Shown: one piece after another, positions 22,201 through 36,739 of the stretch | How the letters are laid out: each line of letters opens with the position of its first letter | Position numbering within the stretch: position 1 is the stretch's first letter | Assembly: GCA_977862235.1 (NCBI GenBank) | Contig: OZ374558.1 | Span: forward strand, 62,001-126,000 | DNA from: Dudresnaya verticillata | Taxonomy: Eukaryota | Direction: 5' to 3' | DNA length: 64,000 bases | Program-made: the position numbers and the translations under genes | The notes under the pieces: generated by a model | What the model was told of the DNA's origin: nothing | The model's input: only the letters and a program-made list of their open reading frames with translations | Databases searched by the model: none

Positions 22201-25200
22201 CTGCCTTGAAACCCTGTAACCCCCTGCCCGACCCGTGCTCGCGTGCCTGTCAGGGAAGCGTTCCAATTCTCCACACTCCTTCATCCGTATGTGTATTAGA
22301 AACAAAAAGAATCCCTTTCCCCTTCACACATAAAGGAGCTCCATCTCATCCAATGAGACATGCATTTGTGTTAGTTTTTATCTCTATAATCCATACCCAC
22401 GTGCCCAGGATTATCGTGGTTTTCAGTTTGTGTAGCAATCGCTTTGCACAGTTGAAGAGTTATGCTAAGCGTATCGAGCCTTCCGAATGTCCTCAAATCA
22501 GAGCTGATGGGTTTCAAGAATGTAAGCGCTCCATAAACGGCATCTTTCAGGCGCAGAATGAATTACTACACAGACGCCCTGCTTCGTCGGACAGTTCTGG
22601 GTTGCACTCGGTCGTCGATGGATTCGACAACGCTTCTACAGCCGTCAGGTACAGCAGTTATCCCGGCCTGTAAGAGACCCCGGCCGAAGACAACCATCGC
22701 TCTCTCGGTAAGTTCTTTCCTACGTTCGCTGTGCTTTTGCGTCGTACGTATTTTGAGGGCATCTCCATTCGTACACCACACCGCATGGTTTCTCACAACA
22801 TCGTCTTCTACTTCATTGGTGGCTCGCGAACAAACTCCGTGGCAGCGATTGGGCTGCACAAACCCAGGTCCAATTTCGATCAGCTTTTGCTCCCATGACT
22901 CCAGAGTTGCTTTAGCTGCTTTATTCCATCGTCCTTTGCTCCTTGTCTCCCGGGTAGTTGATGGGAAAATCCAGCCCCTTTGATCATCATTACCTGTTGG
23001 ACCCTTCGAGTTCCCTTTCTCACATGGATCATATGTTAGTTGATATATAACGTCATAGTTTAAGCGTAGTTCAAAGTTGTTATCCGCATGAAACGTCAGC
23101 CACCAGACTTATTCCGAAGACCGTAGACAGCCTGGCTTTCAAATACGCCAAGTGCTCCATTATCCAGACGTACCTCCCGCTACTGTACCAAAAATCCATA
23201 CAGCGTTCCGCCAATGCCCGGTGTTTCACTAGTTCAACAAAACTTACCAGAAAGCGCTGTCAATACACTAGGGACGCCTTAACTTCTTTTGGTTCGGTTT
23301 CGAACTTCCCTTTTCATTTAGCAAACGACGATAAACTGCAGCTGCTTATCATTGCTTCATCACCGTCTTCTCATTTTGTCTCTTTTGCCTTTGAGGGTGC
23401 TCGCGCGTCGAAGAGACCTTAATGGAGACCATACGTTCTATTTCCAGCAGAGCTCGTGGGCTTGCAAAAACAAAATACAAATCGGGCTGGGAATTCTTGC
23501 ACAACGTGATTGTTGCTGTACCAAAGTTCTGCGTACGCGCACTGTACGGCATTTTCAAGCCCGTTCACCATACCAAGCTCGCGAAGAACAGCCCTCTACG
23601 ACGTATTCGACTCTACCTACCGGAACGGGCTCAACGCTACGACGCTTGGGCACATCCTGTCTGCCACACCTCTGCCACACAAGCGGAAGCCCATTCCACA
23701 GCTTGGATTCTACCTTTCCGTGTCTGCTTTTTCCCACCCTCCCCCCTAGTTGATGCTAGAGCACGTCTGGGTCGCAGCAAGTCGAAACTGCGATAGTTCC
23801 TCCAGGGGAGGGCTCGTGCCTGATCCTGTTTAAGGATGGTTTCGTGTGCTGTAAAGCCTGTACGGAAATGAAAAGGTACTACTAAGGATAGAGAGCAATG
23901 CCGATCGTTCTACGGTTTATCGATCATAAGCTATCAACGATACTTTCGTCGATACTCTGTTATATATATCGTATGAGCAATCCCGATATGCCATCAGGAT
24001 GAATGCGCTCAAGCCAACGAGAACAGAACCAACGCAGAATGTTCGAGGCCTCCATATAAGGACAATAACAGACCTAGAGCCACCAATCTACCGTGGTAAG
24101 TTCCGTCCTTTCTCCCACCCACCCGCTCCTTTTCACACAGACTTTAAGTTCACAAGTTACCGTCCATTCTGGTCATGCAGACCTGGCAAAACAATGCAGA
24201 AATAGACTTTATTTGCATTACTCATTTCTGAATGAAGTGGGTCTTTAATAATAAAGGCTACATTTCCTTTTCCTGGAGGACCCGTACCCTTTTCGTGAAA
24301 GCACAGTTCTATACCCCAAAACGCATAGAATCTACTAAATGAAATTCTCTACTCCACAACGTCACCGCTCTGGACGACGAATGACTGCTAAGGATAATAT
24401 AAATATTTTCTGAAGGAAAGAACAGTTTGAGGGATAATGTTCCTCTTCCTCATTCTTATTAATAGTGTTTTAATATCCCTAGGAATGAATTTAATTGGTC
24501 TCACTTATCACCTTCCAAAGCACAATATCGTTTTGCCAATTCTCAAAGGACCCCAAGTTGATCTTTCTTCTTTCCTTGGAAAAGCGTAGGAAAAGAGAAT
24601 CCCATCAGAAATTAGCAGCTAAGTCTTTCCAACTAATGAAGCTCAATCAATATGGCTCTGATTTTCCGTTTCTGTTGTTGCCTTAGCAGCTCAAGTACTT
24701 ACCGTCCGACAAAAACCAGAAGCCTCCACGAGATGTAAGGGTCGTATCGACGGCGGGGTTGTAAAGTTCTGAAGCCAAAGACACAGATATATCTTTCCAA
24801 GAGCTGCAGTGCTCCGGTAGAGTATAACGGCATAAACGCTCGGGCTACCCAGGAAGTAGAGCGAGCTGCTGTGTGTCGCCCCTGTGGGGAAGGAGGGGTG
24901 GTCCAGCGGCCCACCCAAACCACGTACACAACGAATTTGCATGAAATAGCCAAAAATACACATAATTGAAGTCCAACTGGCTCACCCAATCGAACAACCG
25001 AATGTGGAGGGAATATCTGCTTTCCACGGGTGCGTTGCAACTCCATATGGCAACTCCGCTACGGATATCTTGTCATCAATTCCCTGTTTCAAACCCAGCG
25101 GTCCTCGTTGACAAGCAATCGTTGTTCACAGCTGGTTTGTGGAGAGAAATGGCGCAGTGCCTACGTCGGCATAAGTTAATCTACACACCAGCGCATCAAT

Positions 25201-28200
25201 AGCGAACACGAGTCGGGAGGGGGCTCAATTCTTCTCACGAGGAGCCGCAAGCGTCATAGGCGACTCGGACAGCTGCGTTCAAAGGGGCTAATGTCTCATC
25301 TATCTTGGCCCTATTAATCTTGTTGGTGTAGTTACTTTCAGGGCAAATGCAACAGGAAATGTCAAGCTTGCGTCCAACAAAGATCTTACGAGAGAGAGGG
25401 TGGATCATCTCTTCTAGACATTACAATCAGTTGTGCAAGTTATGTTTGCTAAGAAGAGCGACTTTCGCAAAAGAAAGCAGTATCGCACCTGCATGACACT
25501 AGAAAACGCATTTTCCTGCATTGTTGCTCACGCTGGAGTGGGACTACAGGAGCCATGGAACAAAAAGCACTGTACCCGGAATTTCCTGCGTTTCCGGCTT
25601 GCTTCCGAGTTCGCTCTTCCAGAATTTCGCGAGGAGAGAACAGTTCTATTATACGTTAAGCATACCTTGGTAGCACAACCGCATTCATTTTATCACATAG
25701 CACCTCCGGTTTAGAATGCTCTTCCACCTTTTGCACTCCCGGAGATCAAAAACTTCCAACCCTCGGCGAGAAATGTAGAAGGAGACAAAGTCCAGCTTAA
25801 ATGACCTCTTTGGTCTAGAACGCTATAGGTAGAAGCGGAGAGAGTAACAACGCAGGGAGTTGCTTCCTTCCATTATTTTCTTCGCCTAATTGAGAGAGTT
25901 CAAGGGCGCTTAGGGCGCTTTCGGAAACTCCTGTCTAGTTGATTACGCAGGCGAACAATTCAAGATGGACTTGGCAGTATGTATGCGTGGAGTGGCTCGG
26001 GGCCAGCAATGCCGGGAGACGACGACAGAAAAGAAGAGGACCCTACCTCTAGACGGGAAAGTGTAAGCAGGGAGGAGAAGAGCTGTCGGCATCATCAAAC
26101 TTCTGTACGGCTGTTGTACATGGCTTATTGACTTGGCAGTTTCTGTCAGAAAGGTTCTAAACGACAGGTACTTGCATTTGACAATGTGAAATGTCGCGCT
26201 TCAGTCACTTTGCTCAAAAGAGGATACGACTTACGCCACAAAAAAGAACTTAGGCGAAGCAGGTCCCTCGCACACCGACTCGTTATAAAATGCCCTGTTT
26301 GATAATCGAATAATCTTCCCCGCAGCACGATCTCCAAGCACCTGTTCAGTGCAGACCAACTTCAAACGCCCAGAAAAACAATTGTGATGCAACATTCTGT
26401 GCTTCTGCTGCTCAGTTATTCCCTCGTTCTCCTTTGCTATAATTTGAACTCAGCTTCCGGAATGCCACAGGGCCATGCCAAGCCCGTTGGAAGAGGGACA
26501 GATCAAAGGCTCACAAAAAGAAGCGGCCTTTCGAATGGCTTTGTTTGGACCTCAATCGTTAAGAAAATGAGAAGACTGGAACAGTATCGCTGTCGCTTCC
26601 GGTCAGGCCCTCCTGGTAGGTTCATAGGTTTATCTGACTCAACCTTACTTACGGGAATATTGGCAGTGTTCTGGCCACTAAACTGGAGACATTGAATAGA
26701 AATCTCTTATTAGACAACCCTTAAAGGAGGATAAGTGAAGTTGTAGTGTTTCTGTCTTCAACTTTGGATGCACACCGTCTATGCTTTGGGACTGCAATAC
26801 GGAGACATTTCCGTTCTCTCTTCAAAACAGAGACCATTGGCATCTCTCTATCCCTCAGAATGATGTACACCAGCTCCGCATCTTCGCGCAGTGCATTTGG
26901 AAGAACAGCTTGAAGAATAGAAAATAGGTATCAAAACAGCTTTTGGAACTCAGTGAATGAATCTCTGTTCTTAAAGTATCCTTTTTGAAAACCAGTTTAT
27001 TACGATGTACAACCGAGTGAACATTCCGTTTGTACAATATCAGTCTGCGTTCAGACACAGATCACGTGTCCTTTGTACAGAATGGTACATACGCGGGCTT
27101 TTTATTTGTTTTTTTACCAATGAGTTACATGGCAGCCTCTCGACAAGCGAGTAAAGGCTTTGAAGTACTGTTATGAATTTGTACCTTCACTGGCCTCCAC
27201 GAGAGAAACGAGAAGTTGGATATACAATAGTCGGGAACTACTCCATGTTGTAATCGATTACCTTATTCATATCCTGCTGATTCGTTATCTAGTCTCCATT
27301 GAGAATCTTGTTTTACTCTGTTGGAGATTGTCCGAGATATAAACTTAGCAGCAGCTAAACAGATCAAGGTGCTACTCATTGTAAGATGTAACTATAAGGT
27401 TAGGTTTTCAGAGGCAGATGTGACTCGATGCTGCTCAAATAATCATTGCAGTATAAAATGTTGTTGAATGGCTTAGTAAACGTCTTGAGAAAGATGTTTG
27501 AGAGGATGATCTGCGCAGTTTCCGCAGGTAGCGAGACAACCATACTATAGATAATGGCGATCGCACTGCTCGGTTTTTGCGGAGACTACACAGGAGAGGT
27601 AGAATACTTTCGAACAACACAAGCAAGAATGCAAAAGTCCCGCTTCTCCAGACATTCATCTCGATTTGGTTCTTGGAACCGATGCCGGCCAAGATTTTTA
27701 GTCACCTTTGGGACACAGATTTTGATAGCGACTGCGTTGTTTATCTGGGCAGCTTGAAGCCAGGGCGAGCTTCGAGTTGTCCCAAGACATGATCTGTAGG
27801 AATATGAATGATACCGAGATCATTGTTCGCACGTAGACTTCAGGGTATCTCGCTGGTGCAGATTTTCATGCATCAACAATTTCTCCACTCCTCAGAAATG
27901 TTTCGTGTGGGGCGCACGGTTGAAAGTCATGGATTTGAAATACTGTGCGCGCGGTTGCAAACATGCGGCAACAGGGAAGAATTCTTGTCTGTAAACTGCA
28001 TATCGCTGCAGCTTGAACCTGACCGGGCAGCAAGGCGGGCAGTTGACTAACCTGGGCGAGGAGGGAGACAAGGGGATAGATACTATACCAGCAAGTTTGC
28101 GCCGGATTGTTATAATGATGATGATGACCCCCTGGAACCGTGCACCAGCGGGACTGCTTTCCGTCCCACAAGAGAACGCCACTCCGAAATTGGATTACAT

Positions 28201-29399
28201 CGCTCCATAGTGCTATCGCTCATATTGCATAGGCAAAGAGAAGTAAGGAATGCAGGATGCAGATATCGGTGGATTCAAAGTGTGTGTTGTATCCGGGCTG
28301 TAACCAGCAAGGATTATTCGTGAAACGAATGGTTGTTTGTTAAATGTGGTCCTGTCCAGGGGAGTGGGGCCCTCAGGAAGGCCCACTTCAGACTGTTGGC
28401 TATGTTGAATGACATAGTAGTGAATAGCGGCCTGGGACAGGCTAAGGAATTCTCCCTGCCCACGGGGCACAGAGCGAATATCGCGATGAGCGCTGCTTCT
28501 ATTGCTTGGAGGTCTGCTTCACGTCCGATGTCGTGCGTTTGGGTAGTGCTAGGTTCCCGTGGGAACAGGCCGATATCCTTGTCATGCACAAGTTGTGCAG
28601 CGGTGTGCAGAATATCCCCTCTGATACAAATAGCGTGGGAAACAGCTGATAGACAGCGGAGTTTCAAGCACTTTTTCGGCTGCAATGGCATGACTATTAT
28701 TAGTACTTTCGAAACTCGTGTGCTACGAAAGGAATTCTTCTTCCCAGGTGTAGGTCAATCCGAAAAAGGACAGTGGTGCTATCGGTAAGTTCGAATTGTT
28801 ACATTGTGCTCAAGATGTTTGGCGGGGACTCGGAGAGCAGTTGTAGCACATCTCTGTGAAGGTCTTCTCACGTGACGGGCTCTTTACCCCTGTAATGCGA
28901 ATAACCTTGTTTCTAACATTGACCAAGAGCAAACGGACAGAGAGCTGCTGTGCAAAGCTTGCTACGACCCGGGGACCGTTCAAGCCGCAGGAGGGGCACC
29001 AATGTGGGCATTGTGGGCATTGGTGCAGCACGGGTTTGTCCAACCACATGGATATGTTGATCAACACAGCACACCCTGCGGCCTCCTCGGCATCAATCAG
29101 CGAGGAAGGGGCTGGAATGCAGGGAGGAGCCAATGTGCAAGCAGATCGTAGCAGAAAGTATGGAACCGACCGTCGGCCCTCGCACGTCGACGGGGAAAGC
29201 GCGGCACAGTCCATAAGGCGCGCGAGCGCGAGGAGCGTTTCCATTTCTGCGTCACACGGCGCCCTTCGAAATAAAAGCATCTGTGCCACGGCGCATGCCC
29301 AAATCGCGCGTCGTGGAGATGCGCCGTGCGCCACGTGTACGCAGTCGCCTCTCCCGCGCGGCTCCGTCGCGCCGCAGCTCGCGAGCGGAAGTCTTTGAC

Positions 29400-29406
29400 T
29401 ATAAAA
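29400..29406 (+). promoter_or_regulatory. TATA box (TATAAAA)
   Basis: It is the canonical motif, about 100 bp upstream of ATG 29506. Confidence 0.55.
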
Positions 29407-29505
29407 GCCGCACTTGTCTGCCGCCGCCCTCAGAAAGAAGCCGTTCCCTCCACGGCTCCGCAGCACGTCGCAACAACTAACCCGACCACCGCCTTCAGCA
29501 TCGAA

Positions 29506-30093
29506 ATGGTTTCTCCCATCGCTTCACTCCTGCTGCTCTACCTCGCGCTCGACCTCCTCGCCGAGCTCCCGGTCCTCGCCGCATCCGCAAGGCCGGCACC
29601 ACCGTCCCCGGCTCCGCCCCCGCCAACAGTCCTCCTGTGCACATTCTCGGGCGTTCTCACCCTCTCCGAGACCGCCCCGGCGCTGCACACCTCGCATACT
29701 ACATGCACCCCCACCCTCCCAATCCCGCAGCTTGCTAGAGCTGCTCGAACAGCTTTGGAGTTCAAACATCGCACACTCGCTCTTGTCAATCACCCTATCC
29801 CCTTCACAGCCTCTGTCGTCATGGTCTCCCGTCGTGTCAAGGTACTTTTCTCCACCCATGCGGTAAAGGCAGCCTCGTCAGAAAGCCCCGGCCCAACCCA
29901 ACAACAGATTGCCCCTGCCCTTCCTCAGCTTGCCGTCGCTCCAAAACACAGGCTCACTAGCCACGAAGTATTCTCTTCTTCGACAAAAACAAGACGGACT
30001 ACAGCCACAGGCCGCATTGTGTCCGCACGCCCTGTCGGCCTCGGCAGCGGACTCGGCTTCGTCAGTCCGAAGGTTGAATCGTTTTTGTACTAG
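29506..30093 (+). CDS. Hypothetical secreted protein with a Pro-rich N-terminus, 195 aa
   Basis: It has a signal-peptide-like start (MVSPIASLLLLYLALDLLAELPVLA), a Pro-rich linker, locally high GC and an upstream TATA box. Confidence 0.6.
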   Translation: MVSPIASLLLLYLALDLLAELPVLAASARPAPPSPAPPPPTVLLCTFSGVLTLSETAPALHTSHTTCTPTLPIPQLARAARTALEFKHRTLALVNHPIPFTASVVMVSRRVKVLFSTHAVKAASSESPGPTQQQIAPALPQLAVAPKHRLTSHEVFSSSTKTRRTTATGRIVSARPVGLGSGLGFVSPKVESFLY

Positions 30094-33000
30094 GTTTCAT
30101 GCCCCCATTGCACTTCGATCGTGCTGGGTCTTGTACCGTAACGTAGTTTATAGCTAGAGCCCTTTGACATTACTAGTGTCGTAAAAAGGACAACAACACA
30201 CCTCCAATTCCTGGTGTACGGGGAGACCCACTTTCATATGCCATCAGCATGCAAGTCTTGCTCTCTTCCGAACATCTACCTCCAGGGAAAAGTGCACATA
30301 CAGCCCTCCTCCGCGCCTCAAGCTCCAAACTTGTTGCACTCGGAACTCTCAACTTTGAGAAAAAAGGGATGCTTGCATGCTTGCATTGGGAAGTGTAAAG
30401 GACAGTTTTCTATCACATCTGTTAAGCAAGATGAGTAATACAAAAAGAACTTCATTCATTTCCTCGATGTGTAGTAGACTAGTTGCAGAAATAAGATACG
30501 GAAAACAGCGTCAATCGACCATTAGTCTAAAGAGCCAAAACACCCTCAACATCAATTCAAGATCGCCATGCCACGTTCTGATTTGGTCCAACAACGACCA
30601 TTGCCCCCCTCAAACTTGCGATCTACATTGGCAAGCGAGCACCCTGGGCAGGCAGATCCAGCATTCAGCGTATTCGATCGGGTTATGCCGGTGTTGTACA
30701 GGTATTCTCTGCCCCATTGTAGGAGTGTCACCGCAAAATATGGTTCTCCTGCCTTCAATATGACTTTAGATTCTATACTTTAGATGTGATTCCAAACCCT
30801 TCAAATTGTTTATCTGTCAAACTCAATTCTTTCTACCAACTCAGCAATCTTTCAGGTTACCGTTTTGGCCATGTATGTATGACATTGTATGGTGGTCTTC
30901 TCCTTCTTCCCTCCCATTTCCATTTCTGTGAACAAACTACAGACAAACATAGTTTCGACTCTGCTCCTGATACGTACCGAGTCAATCGCGAATGCATCCG
31001 GGGCCCCGTTCGCACGATCCATTGCCGTGAGCTGCGGGCCAATGAAGCAGGAATTATAATCCGCATGATGCTGTCCTCTACAATAAAAACTCGAGTTACA
31101 TGTTCGAAATAGAATGTCTACACCTACACCCCCTTCACGGTTTGAAAAGTTCCAACCGGCTGGAAGGGGCGATCTTCCTGCAAAAGCTTCATTTGACATG
31201 GCGATTTACACGGAGAACGAAATCGATACTGAATATCGGACGAAAAGACCGTCGCAATCTCCGAAACCGCCTCCATCTTGAGCTGCGAACCCCCCAAATC
31301 GCCACAAAGCCTCATAAAACCACAAGCATTATGGTGGGAAAGCTCCCCTGTCTGCATGTCGTCCAACTAAATGTTGCCTCAGCTTGCAAATTTGCATCGG
31401 ACCCGCCTCCAGTGTGAGATTTAGACTGCCCGAATGCAGAAAGCTGCCTCTCGCTGAAGGCCCTGACATACTTGAAGGGATGTTTGGGAATGCCTCACCC
31501 TTAGGGACACCTGGAAGCACTGATGGAGAAGCCACCTTGCAACATGTTGTGGAGAGGGTCGTGTCCGAAAATCTGCTGCCAACTCCGCTGACGGTGGGTT
31601 TCCCATTTTGCACAGTTATCTGCAAATTTCTCATTCGCTACTTGAGATATTTTAAACGCAGCAGAATATCTGCTCCGGGCGTCGTCACGTTGCCTCTTCT
31701 TGAGGACGCCGAGGCGGACCCGTCTCCTTCGAGAAACGTGAGCGACGTCCTCTTCGGTTCTGAAACTCTTCCAGTATTTTGGCCGTCATCCGTTTCAATC
31801 GCGGGCCGACAGTGCAGACACAGTTGTAAGAAACAATTATGACGACCATACCAACTATTTGCTCTTCCCAAGCATTGGAGCGTGTCCAGACAGCCACATG
31901 GCGCTGTTCGTGTTTGGCAATTCGACTGCACACAGGAGAGCTTTTTATCACCACTTCTCCTAAGAGAAGCTCCCGAGAGTAGACCTTCTTTCGAGAAAGA
32001 AACGGGCCCTTCCGGTCTGGTCAAATGCCGCTGACGCAAGAGCTCATATGCTGAGGCGTCCTGCCAAGTATCATAATCTTGTCGCTCTGGAGGAGCATTG
32101 GCACGTCCAGTCTCGATTAGTCTCTTGCATTGACGCGCTCAAGTCCAATGTCCAACTGATTCCTACGTTGTTTCTACGAATGCGCGTTTCGCGCCAGGTC
32201 CTATTGAGGCTGCGAGATTGCCATCGTGAGGAACTCGTTGGCAACGTCACCTCTTCCACTCCCCATCACTGCATATGAATGCAGGATCGTATGCCGCATG
32301 CCTGACGCCGTCTTCCTTTGGAGAAGCAGAGAGTACTCCAAGCTTGTTCTGCTTGGAAAAGCAACTGCGATTGTGCTTTGTTGCAGATGGAGTGATTCGA
32401 AGGAGGTGACCGATACGAGATTAAAACACCTGGTTACCGGAAGCCAAAACAATAACAATAATTCTTGAGGTGGGCCGAAAGGTGTAGGCTCTGATATGCT
32501 ATCATCCTTGTCACTAGTGCAAAGCAGGGACAGCAAACTTAAAAAAGAAGTAACTTGCGCATGGTCTCGTACTTGTTGCCCGACAATAATGACCAACTTT
32601 AGTTCGTTATCTTAAAAGGAAGGGGGTACCTTTATTCAGAAGATCGACAGAGGCGCCACTCTGTCCAGAATATATTAATCGGGTTAAGATATTGGGGGTT
32701 AGCCCCCTTATTTCCTAAGAGGACTAGTGCTGCCGTGAGCCGTGCTTAGAAAATATCTCTTTCTCTAGATGTCAGATTTCTAGGTTTGCGGCGCTCGTTC
32801 ACCACTAGGTTGAAAGGGCCCGTATATGCCAGAATATATTCCACCAAAAGCCTTGCATGAAAAACATTCCAACAACGATATCTGCTAAGGGTTTGTATGC
32901 GATATAGAAATGCTTGAGAGAGTCCAGAAATGAACTGCCCCTAACAGAAGGTGCTTGGTAATGTTTCTCATAGCAACTCTTGCGCCGACTAATTCCGTAA

Positions 33001-34299
33001 TGCCCTATTCTTTACGCAGCTAACGATTGAAAAGAGAAAGCATCATGATTACCATCATCGCATGCATCTCCGCAGATGATGCCGATGCCAAACCCCTCGG
33101 ATATGTCATGCCACAGGCTTTTCAACTATGTTTTCCCGAATAGCGGCAACCCGGCGGCAACCCCTTCGCTTAGGGGTTTTGTCTCGGTCTTGCGGTGGGT
33201 CGGGCCTCCGGTAAGCAACAATATTTGACAACACACAGACTGTGCAGTCATGGAAGAATTGATTGCTTATTCGGGATTGTTGAAATTAGACGTAAAGCTC
33301 GTTTTACCAATGGCGACGTACTCTAAATCATCTGGTAAGATTTAATACCATTTTATACTATCTATACATGCAGAAAACCTTTGTCACCACAGATGTTTAT
33401 TAGCATGCAGTAGAGAAGCATTCAGGTTTCTTCGCACAACGGCGGCTACTTGCTCCATTTCTTGACTTCGGAAACAAGGAGTATCACCTAGACTATTTGG
33501 GCCGCCTGCAGAGGGGGAAGTAAGGAATCCGACCATCACAATCCTCTTACTATGCAGTAAGTACTCCCATCCTGATACCAACCGTTTAAAGGTGTGGAGC
33601 TACCCATACCAATAATCTGAATAAGAAAGATGGTGCAGCATAAGGGTTTATGGTATAGAGAGTGATGGCAGCGTTGTAGGTTGAGCCAAGCTTACTAAGG
33701 TATATTTTAAGTATTGGGTTTTCAGGTAGAGAAAGGCTATCTGGACTTTTGTTCTAGCATTGAAATAGTCCAAGCTTAAATAATATCTCACAATTAACAA
33801 ACGTAGCTCATATCAACAATGAACACAGCGTAGTCATACTCAAGACGATATCAACTCAGCAACTGAATATGTTGAGATACAGTTTCTCGGTAAGGGATCC
33901 TGTATCGCGCACGCTGTGTCAAGAGACTTGTATAGAACGTGCATCGATTAATATCAGTTCCAGAAGGGATCATCCTTCATTAACAATGTTCGTTGCGTGG
34001 AATTTTCTTCTGCAACGCACATGTAGAAACTTTCCTTTTTCTCCTCATGTTCATATCACCACAATGGGGTTCTTGACTGTAAAAACCTGCTAGTCGCTTA
34101 CTACAAAACATCTCAACCCAGTTGCAGTGTACTTAAAAACAACTCTCATGTTCCAACGTATGTCTAGAGACTTGGCATTATTTCTTGTGTTGCTTGGCAC
34201 ATGTCACTACCGGAACCCATGACAGCAGAAATCGTGGCAATATCGGGCCGTGTTCACCGCGATACTTGGCCAATGTTGGGAATAAGAATCCAACGCAGT

Positions 34300-34454
34300 C
34301 CCTAACCTCCTCCGACATGCGAAAGCACTTGTGAAATCCTGCTGAAGGGTATCCAGGGTAGTATGTACGGTAGGATACCTAGGGTACCCTAGCAGGAAGG
34401 GTACCCTTCAGCAGGAGGTAATCAGAGTTTTCACATGTCGAGAGTTGGCTAGGG
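34300..34454. mobile_element. MITE-like or foldback element with nested inverted repeats
   Basis: A perfect 15-bp inverted repeat TCCTGCTGAAGGGTA (34337-34351 / 34402-34416) sits inside an imperfect outer one (CCCTAAC..CGACATGCGAAA / TTTCACATGTCG..GCTAGGG). Confidence 0.5.
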
Positions 34455-35083
34455 GCAGTGTACGTACTAGTCTGCCGTTGCGCAGCACAACTGAAAACAA
34501 ATAACAAATATGTCAAACTCCACATAACTATTTCATTTCCCTGTCGTGTTCAAGAGCTGCTCCAGGGTTTTGATTGAGCAAAGCACTAAGATTCTGCCAT
34601 GACGACCCCTTCTGTCTTTGTCGAACTATGCGAAAGACGGCAGGGGTCAGTGCACATAACATTTTTAAAAGAGTCGATGCAAGCCGCTCTGGTCCGTCGA
34701 GGCCTTCCGAGCAGTTGGATGAGAGATCGGGATATCGCCAACATATCGCTAAAAGATTTTCCAACATCGTGTAGCTCATGAATGTGCGGACTTCGCGACC
34801 TTTCATATGCTTTACATCATGGAATTCCGTATTGATTTTCTATCTACTAAACCAAGCTTCCTGAATTCTATGATTAGCTTTTAAAGAGTTCGATTGTTGT
34901 TGCGAGTGCAGCGCATTGCTAGTGCAAGGTTAAGTCTCACTGAAGCTCTATTTAGGGCGAGAGCTTGCTCATTCTTTTCTTCATCGTTCGGTCATTGCTT
35001 CCGATTACGCCACGAATACCTTTGGCGCTTATTTCTGTTGACAGAAAACTCTCTAATAACCCTTGTATGTTTCTGGGCTTGTA

Positions 35084-35512
35084 ATGTCTGAGAAACGGCG
35101 TATGTCAGGCCCATCGAAAGGCGGGTTTGCTTCTGATGCCCAAGTGAAAAGAATCAGAGACGATTTGTTAAGTCATGAGTGTTCCACTATGGAAAAGTGG
35201 GTGGCCGACCAAAAGGCCAACGACGAGAGCATGCGTGAGTATAGAGAAAAGGTCAAGTGTTTCGTCTCGGAGGGTAATGACAAAATCATGCGGGCAATAG
35301 GTCTCGTTTCAGAAGCATGCGACATTTCCCCAAACCTTCGCGATGAGCAAACGAGGAGGGGCAGAATGGTTTTGTCTAAGCCTACGAATGCTATCGATGA
35401 GATGCGAGACTACGGCGTCATGATTCTTGCTGCACTTCTTGAGAGGCTTAAGAGTGAGACCGGTCAAGAGACCTGGAAGATTATCCTTGGAACGGGGATG
35501 CTATATATGTAA
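35084..35512 (+). CDS. Hypothetical protein or gene fragment, about 142 aa
   Basis: It is a protein-like charged, helical ORF; no family was recognised. Confidence 0.3.
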   Translation: MSEKRRMSGPSKGGFASDAQVKRIRDDLLSHECSTMEKWVADQKANDESMREYREKVKCFVSEGNDKIMRAIGLVSEACDISPNLRDEQTRRGRMVLSKPTNAIDEMRDYGVMILAALLERLKSETGQETWKIILGTGMLYM

Positions 35513-36739
35513 AATGGCAGAAAGAAGGCATGTTTACCGTATCTGGATTGATTGTGCAAGCTTGCGCAAGAATTGTTTCAATGTTCAGAACTGCAGACTA
35601 GATGGATAGCGAATACAACTAGCTTACAAACTTGAAAGAACTTAACAACAACAAATTGCCGAGGCAGCCTTGTCCATATTAGCGGTGTCTCAACAATATC
35701 CTTACAGCATTTCCAGCAGAACTAGAGCTTTCCACTGCCCGCCAAACTGTATTGCCGAAATCCTAGAAGAAGCTGACTCGTGCCTCATTCTGACGCGCCT
35801 AGCTTGAAGTGACCGAGGGGGCTAGTGCTAGTGAGACTGACGATGAATAGACAGTGGACTATGTACTGCTGTCTTCCAGAATGTTACGTGGATAGCTGGA
35901 AAATGTTTAACTCTAGAGAGCACTGTAGGACAGTATAAAAAGGCACTGCTCATGCTGCCTGACGGAGCACGGTACCAATCCATCTATTTACCCTTCACCA
36001 ACATTCCCAGCGAATCGTCCTTCACTGAAGGAATCGAGATATCGCGGGCATAATCCAGCGTGTCCAAGAGTTTCTACAAAGCGCTCTCCCTTCAACTTAA
36101 AGTTCAGTAGAATTCGCTTGGTCCTAGACTACTATGGCAATACACAATTCGAACTTCTGGGGACAGAAAAAATCGTTTGCTTCGAAAGAGGCGCAACAAA
36201 TAACCTTTTGCAAAGGCAACGCAACTAGCAAGCTGCAAGAGCGTCAGTTCGAAAAGGAAAGACATGTAGTGTTTCCTGGGCGCTCTCCTCTATCACCGTC
36301 TTTTCTCCTGTAAATGTCGCCTTAGCGGTTAATGTCCATGACCAAGTGGCGCAACTTCGTTAAGTTGCTATACCGCTATCGAGCACTATGTAAGCTGCAT
36401 CGATGGAGTTTGACTGTGTTTGATGTCTGATACGTAACTACACAAGCAGGCATCTCTTTAATCGCAAGACTGATACGTAGCTACCAAGACTCTCTTCTGG
36501 TACTTTCAGATATAGTGCGATCCGCTGCTTCCCTCAGAACTCAACGTAGACAATAGAGTAAGTTTCGTGAGGGCAAGAATTTAAGAGAACCATCATCCCG
36601 CGGAGAGACTAATTGCAAAGGAGCCAGATGATCGAGGCACGAAAAGATACTTCATGTGGCGCAAGGCGAGAAGCGCACGGTCCAAGAGAGCGTACTCAGG
36701 CATTGAGATTATGAGGATATGCTGAGGCGGCCCACGCGA

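Noticed and set aside
15300..29300. Many short ORFs in the gene-poor interval, also at 30.2-33 kb and 39-42 kb
   Set aside because: They show no recognisable motifs or coding bias. They are probably decayed repeats or chance ORFs, and no family can be assigned without a search.
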